From positions 1-36,280 of the forward strand of contig JBDLJV010000002.1 in NCBI GenBank assembly GCA_039714175.1: 36,280 bases of DNA, read 5' to 3'. Below the pieces are notes generated by a model. It was given only the letters and a program-made list of their open reading frames with translations. It did not search any database and was not told the DNA's origin. Numbering within the stretch: the stretch's first letter is position 1; every line of letters begins with the position of its first letter. This DNA comes from Actinomycetota bacterium. GTDB taxonomy: Bacteria > Actinomycetota > Acidimicrobiia > Spongiisociales > UBA5794. Position numbers and translations under genes: made by a program. This document shows positions 35,214-36,280 of the stretch, in pieces.

Positions 35214-35722
35214 TGATGGTGCGTACCGCATGCATCCTGGGTCTGTTGCTTCTGGGAGCGTGTGCTCCGACGGAACCATCCGGGCTGGACGACGTCGAGG
35301 CAGTTGTCGCCTCAACGGGATTGAAAGGGACAACCTCCACCAGTGAACAGCTCGAAGCATCTTCGAGCTCGATGACGTCTATCCCAGATGCAGAGCTCGT
35401 GGGACCACCAGCCATACCTACGCTTGATCTCGACGTCATCGTTCTCGACAATCCCACAAGCGGTGGAGGCTCTATGCAGGAGCTAGCGTGGGGTTCGGTG
35501 AACGATGGGGTGAGATACGACGTCGTCATGTTCGACTCGCTCGGTGATCTGTACTGGTCGTGGTCGACGGTGGAGACCTCTGTCTTCATGGGTGGCGTCG
35601 AGACAACACTCGAGAACCCGCCGGGACCCCAGATCCTGGAGGGCATGACCTGGTTTGTTCTGGCGTTCGACGAATCGGGGGGCCTCGTTGCACAAAGCGA
35701 GGTGCGTGCGATCGCACCCTGA
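35210..35722 (+). CDS. Small hypothetical lipoprotein
   Basis: The start (GTG 35210, or ATG 35213 / 35216) overlaps the upstream stop. Lipobox ILGLLLLGAC. Confidence 0.7.
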   Translation: MMMVRTACILGLLLLGACAPTEPSGLDDVEAVVASTGLKGTTSTSEQLEASSSSMTSIPDAELVGPPAIPTLDLDVIVLDNPTSGGGSMQELAWGSVNDGVRYDVVMFDSLGDLYWSWSTVETSVFMGGVETTLENPPGPQILEGMTWFVLAFDESGGLVAQSEVRAIAP

Positions 35723-35750
35723 GCCGGACATGGCACGGAAGGACTGAGAA

Positions 35751-36280
35751 GTGGAAAGCAGCGTTCCCGCCGCTCCGAGACGCAAACTCGATGCATCCAT
35801 CGGTGATATCGACCGCATCGTCGAGGAGACGAGGCGACAGAACAGCCCCCTTGGCATCTTCCCTGCGATGTATCGCTCGGTAACAGCGAGTATCGATCGC
35901 GCTGTGCACGCTGGCTTCTTCGATGACTCCCAGGAGATCGAGCAGCTTGCTGTCGTGTTCGCGGATCGGTACATCGATGCGTATCGAAGTTGGAGAGACG
36001 ACGGACCCGTGCCCGAGTCCTGGCGGGTTGCCTTTGATGCCGCGACGGACGGGCGAAGCCGCATGATCACGCAGCACTTGCTGGCCGGGATGAACGCACA
36101 CATCAACCTGGACCTCGGCGTTGCCGCAGCTGACGTGGCAGATCGAGGTCTAGATGGGATCCGCAGTGACTTTCTGCGAGTGAACAGGATCCTCTTCGAG
36201 AAGTTGGACAGCCTTCAGGACTCCCTCGGCTCGGTTTCCGGTCGCATGGCTTGGATCGATCGCCTCGGCGGTCCGGTTGA
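35751..36280 (+). CDS. DUF5995-like protein, 3'-truncated by the window edge
   Basis: Not in the supplied ORF track because it is open-ended. GTG 35751 follows an in-frame TGA (35745-35747) and GGAAGGA. My translation is VESSVPAAPRRKLDASIGDIDRIVEETRRQNSPLGIFPAMYRSVTASI...RMITQHLLAGMNAHINLDLGVAAADV... The QHLLxGMNAHINLDL motif recalls DUF5995. Confidence 0.75.
   Translation, partial: MESSVPAAPRRKLDASIGDIDRIVEETRRQNSPLGIFPAMYRSVTASIDRAVHAGFFDDSQEIEQLAVVFADRYIDAYRSWRDDGPVPESWRVAFDAATDGRSRMITQHLLAGMNAHINLDLGVAAADVADRGLDGIRSDFLRVNRILFEKLDSLQDSLGSVSGRMAWIDRLGGPV

Overview
High-GC (about 60%) chromosomal window with actinobacterial gene content (taxon inferred from gene families, not searched). It is mostly core metabolism and cell-envelope genes; I saw no transposase, integrase, CRISPR array, tRNA or rRNA. 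Left to right: an LLM-oxidoreductase tail; a SulP anion permease; a tetR/ABC-ATPase/ABC-2-permease operon; a membrane pseudokinase with a discoidin-like ectodomain; a divergent GNAT / HDAC-family deacetylase pair; an orphan divergent PilT-like ATPase; a zinc-ribbon RNase HI coupled to the CCA-adding enzyme; a ~500-bp gene-free structured spacer; an argC-J-B-R-G-H cluster lacking argD and argF; GNAT, a small Cys-rich ORF and a cupin; hemolysin-III next to a Z-prenyl diphosphate synthase; VOC, histidine phosphatase, pyrE, a membrane protein, nfo and a signal-less alpha-carbonic anhydrase; ABC-F; a padR-ino1 pair; an LCP ligase; then a block of five uncharacterised lipoprotein/secreted genes and a DUF5995-like gene running off the window. 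The most unusual signals are non-coding. At least five intergenic spacers are built from phase-locked degenerate heptanucleotide tandem arrays that share exact sub-strings between loci. Four mini-hairpins with conserved 7-nt linkers sit upstream of argC. A perfect 54-bp palindrome sits upstream of tetR. Several genes show a recurrent TANNNT-N6/7-ATG geometry suggesting leaderless transcripts. All family calls are by-eye motif recognition; no database search was run.
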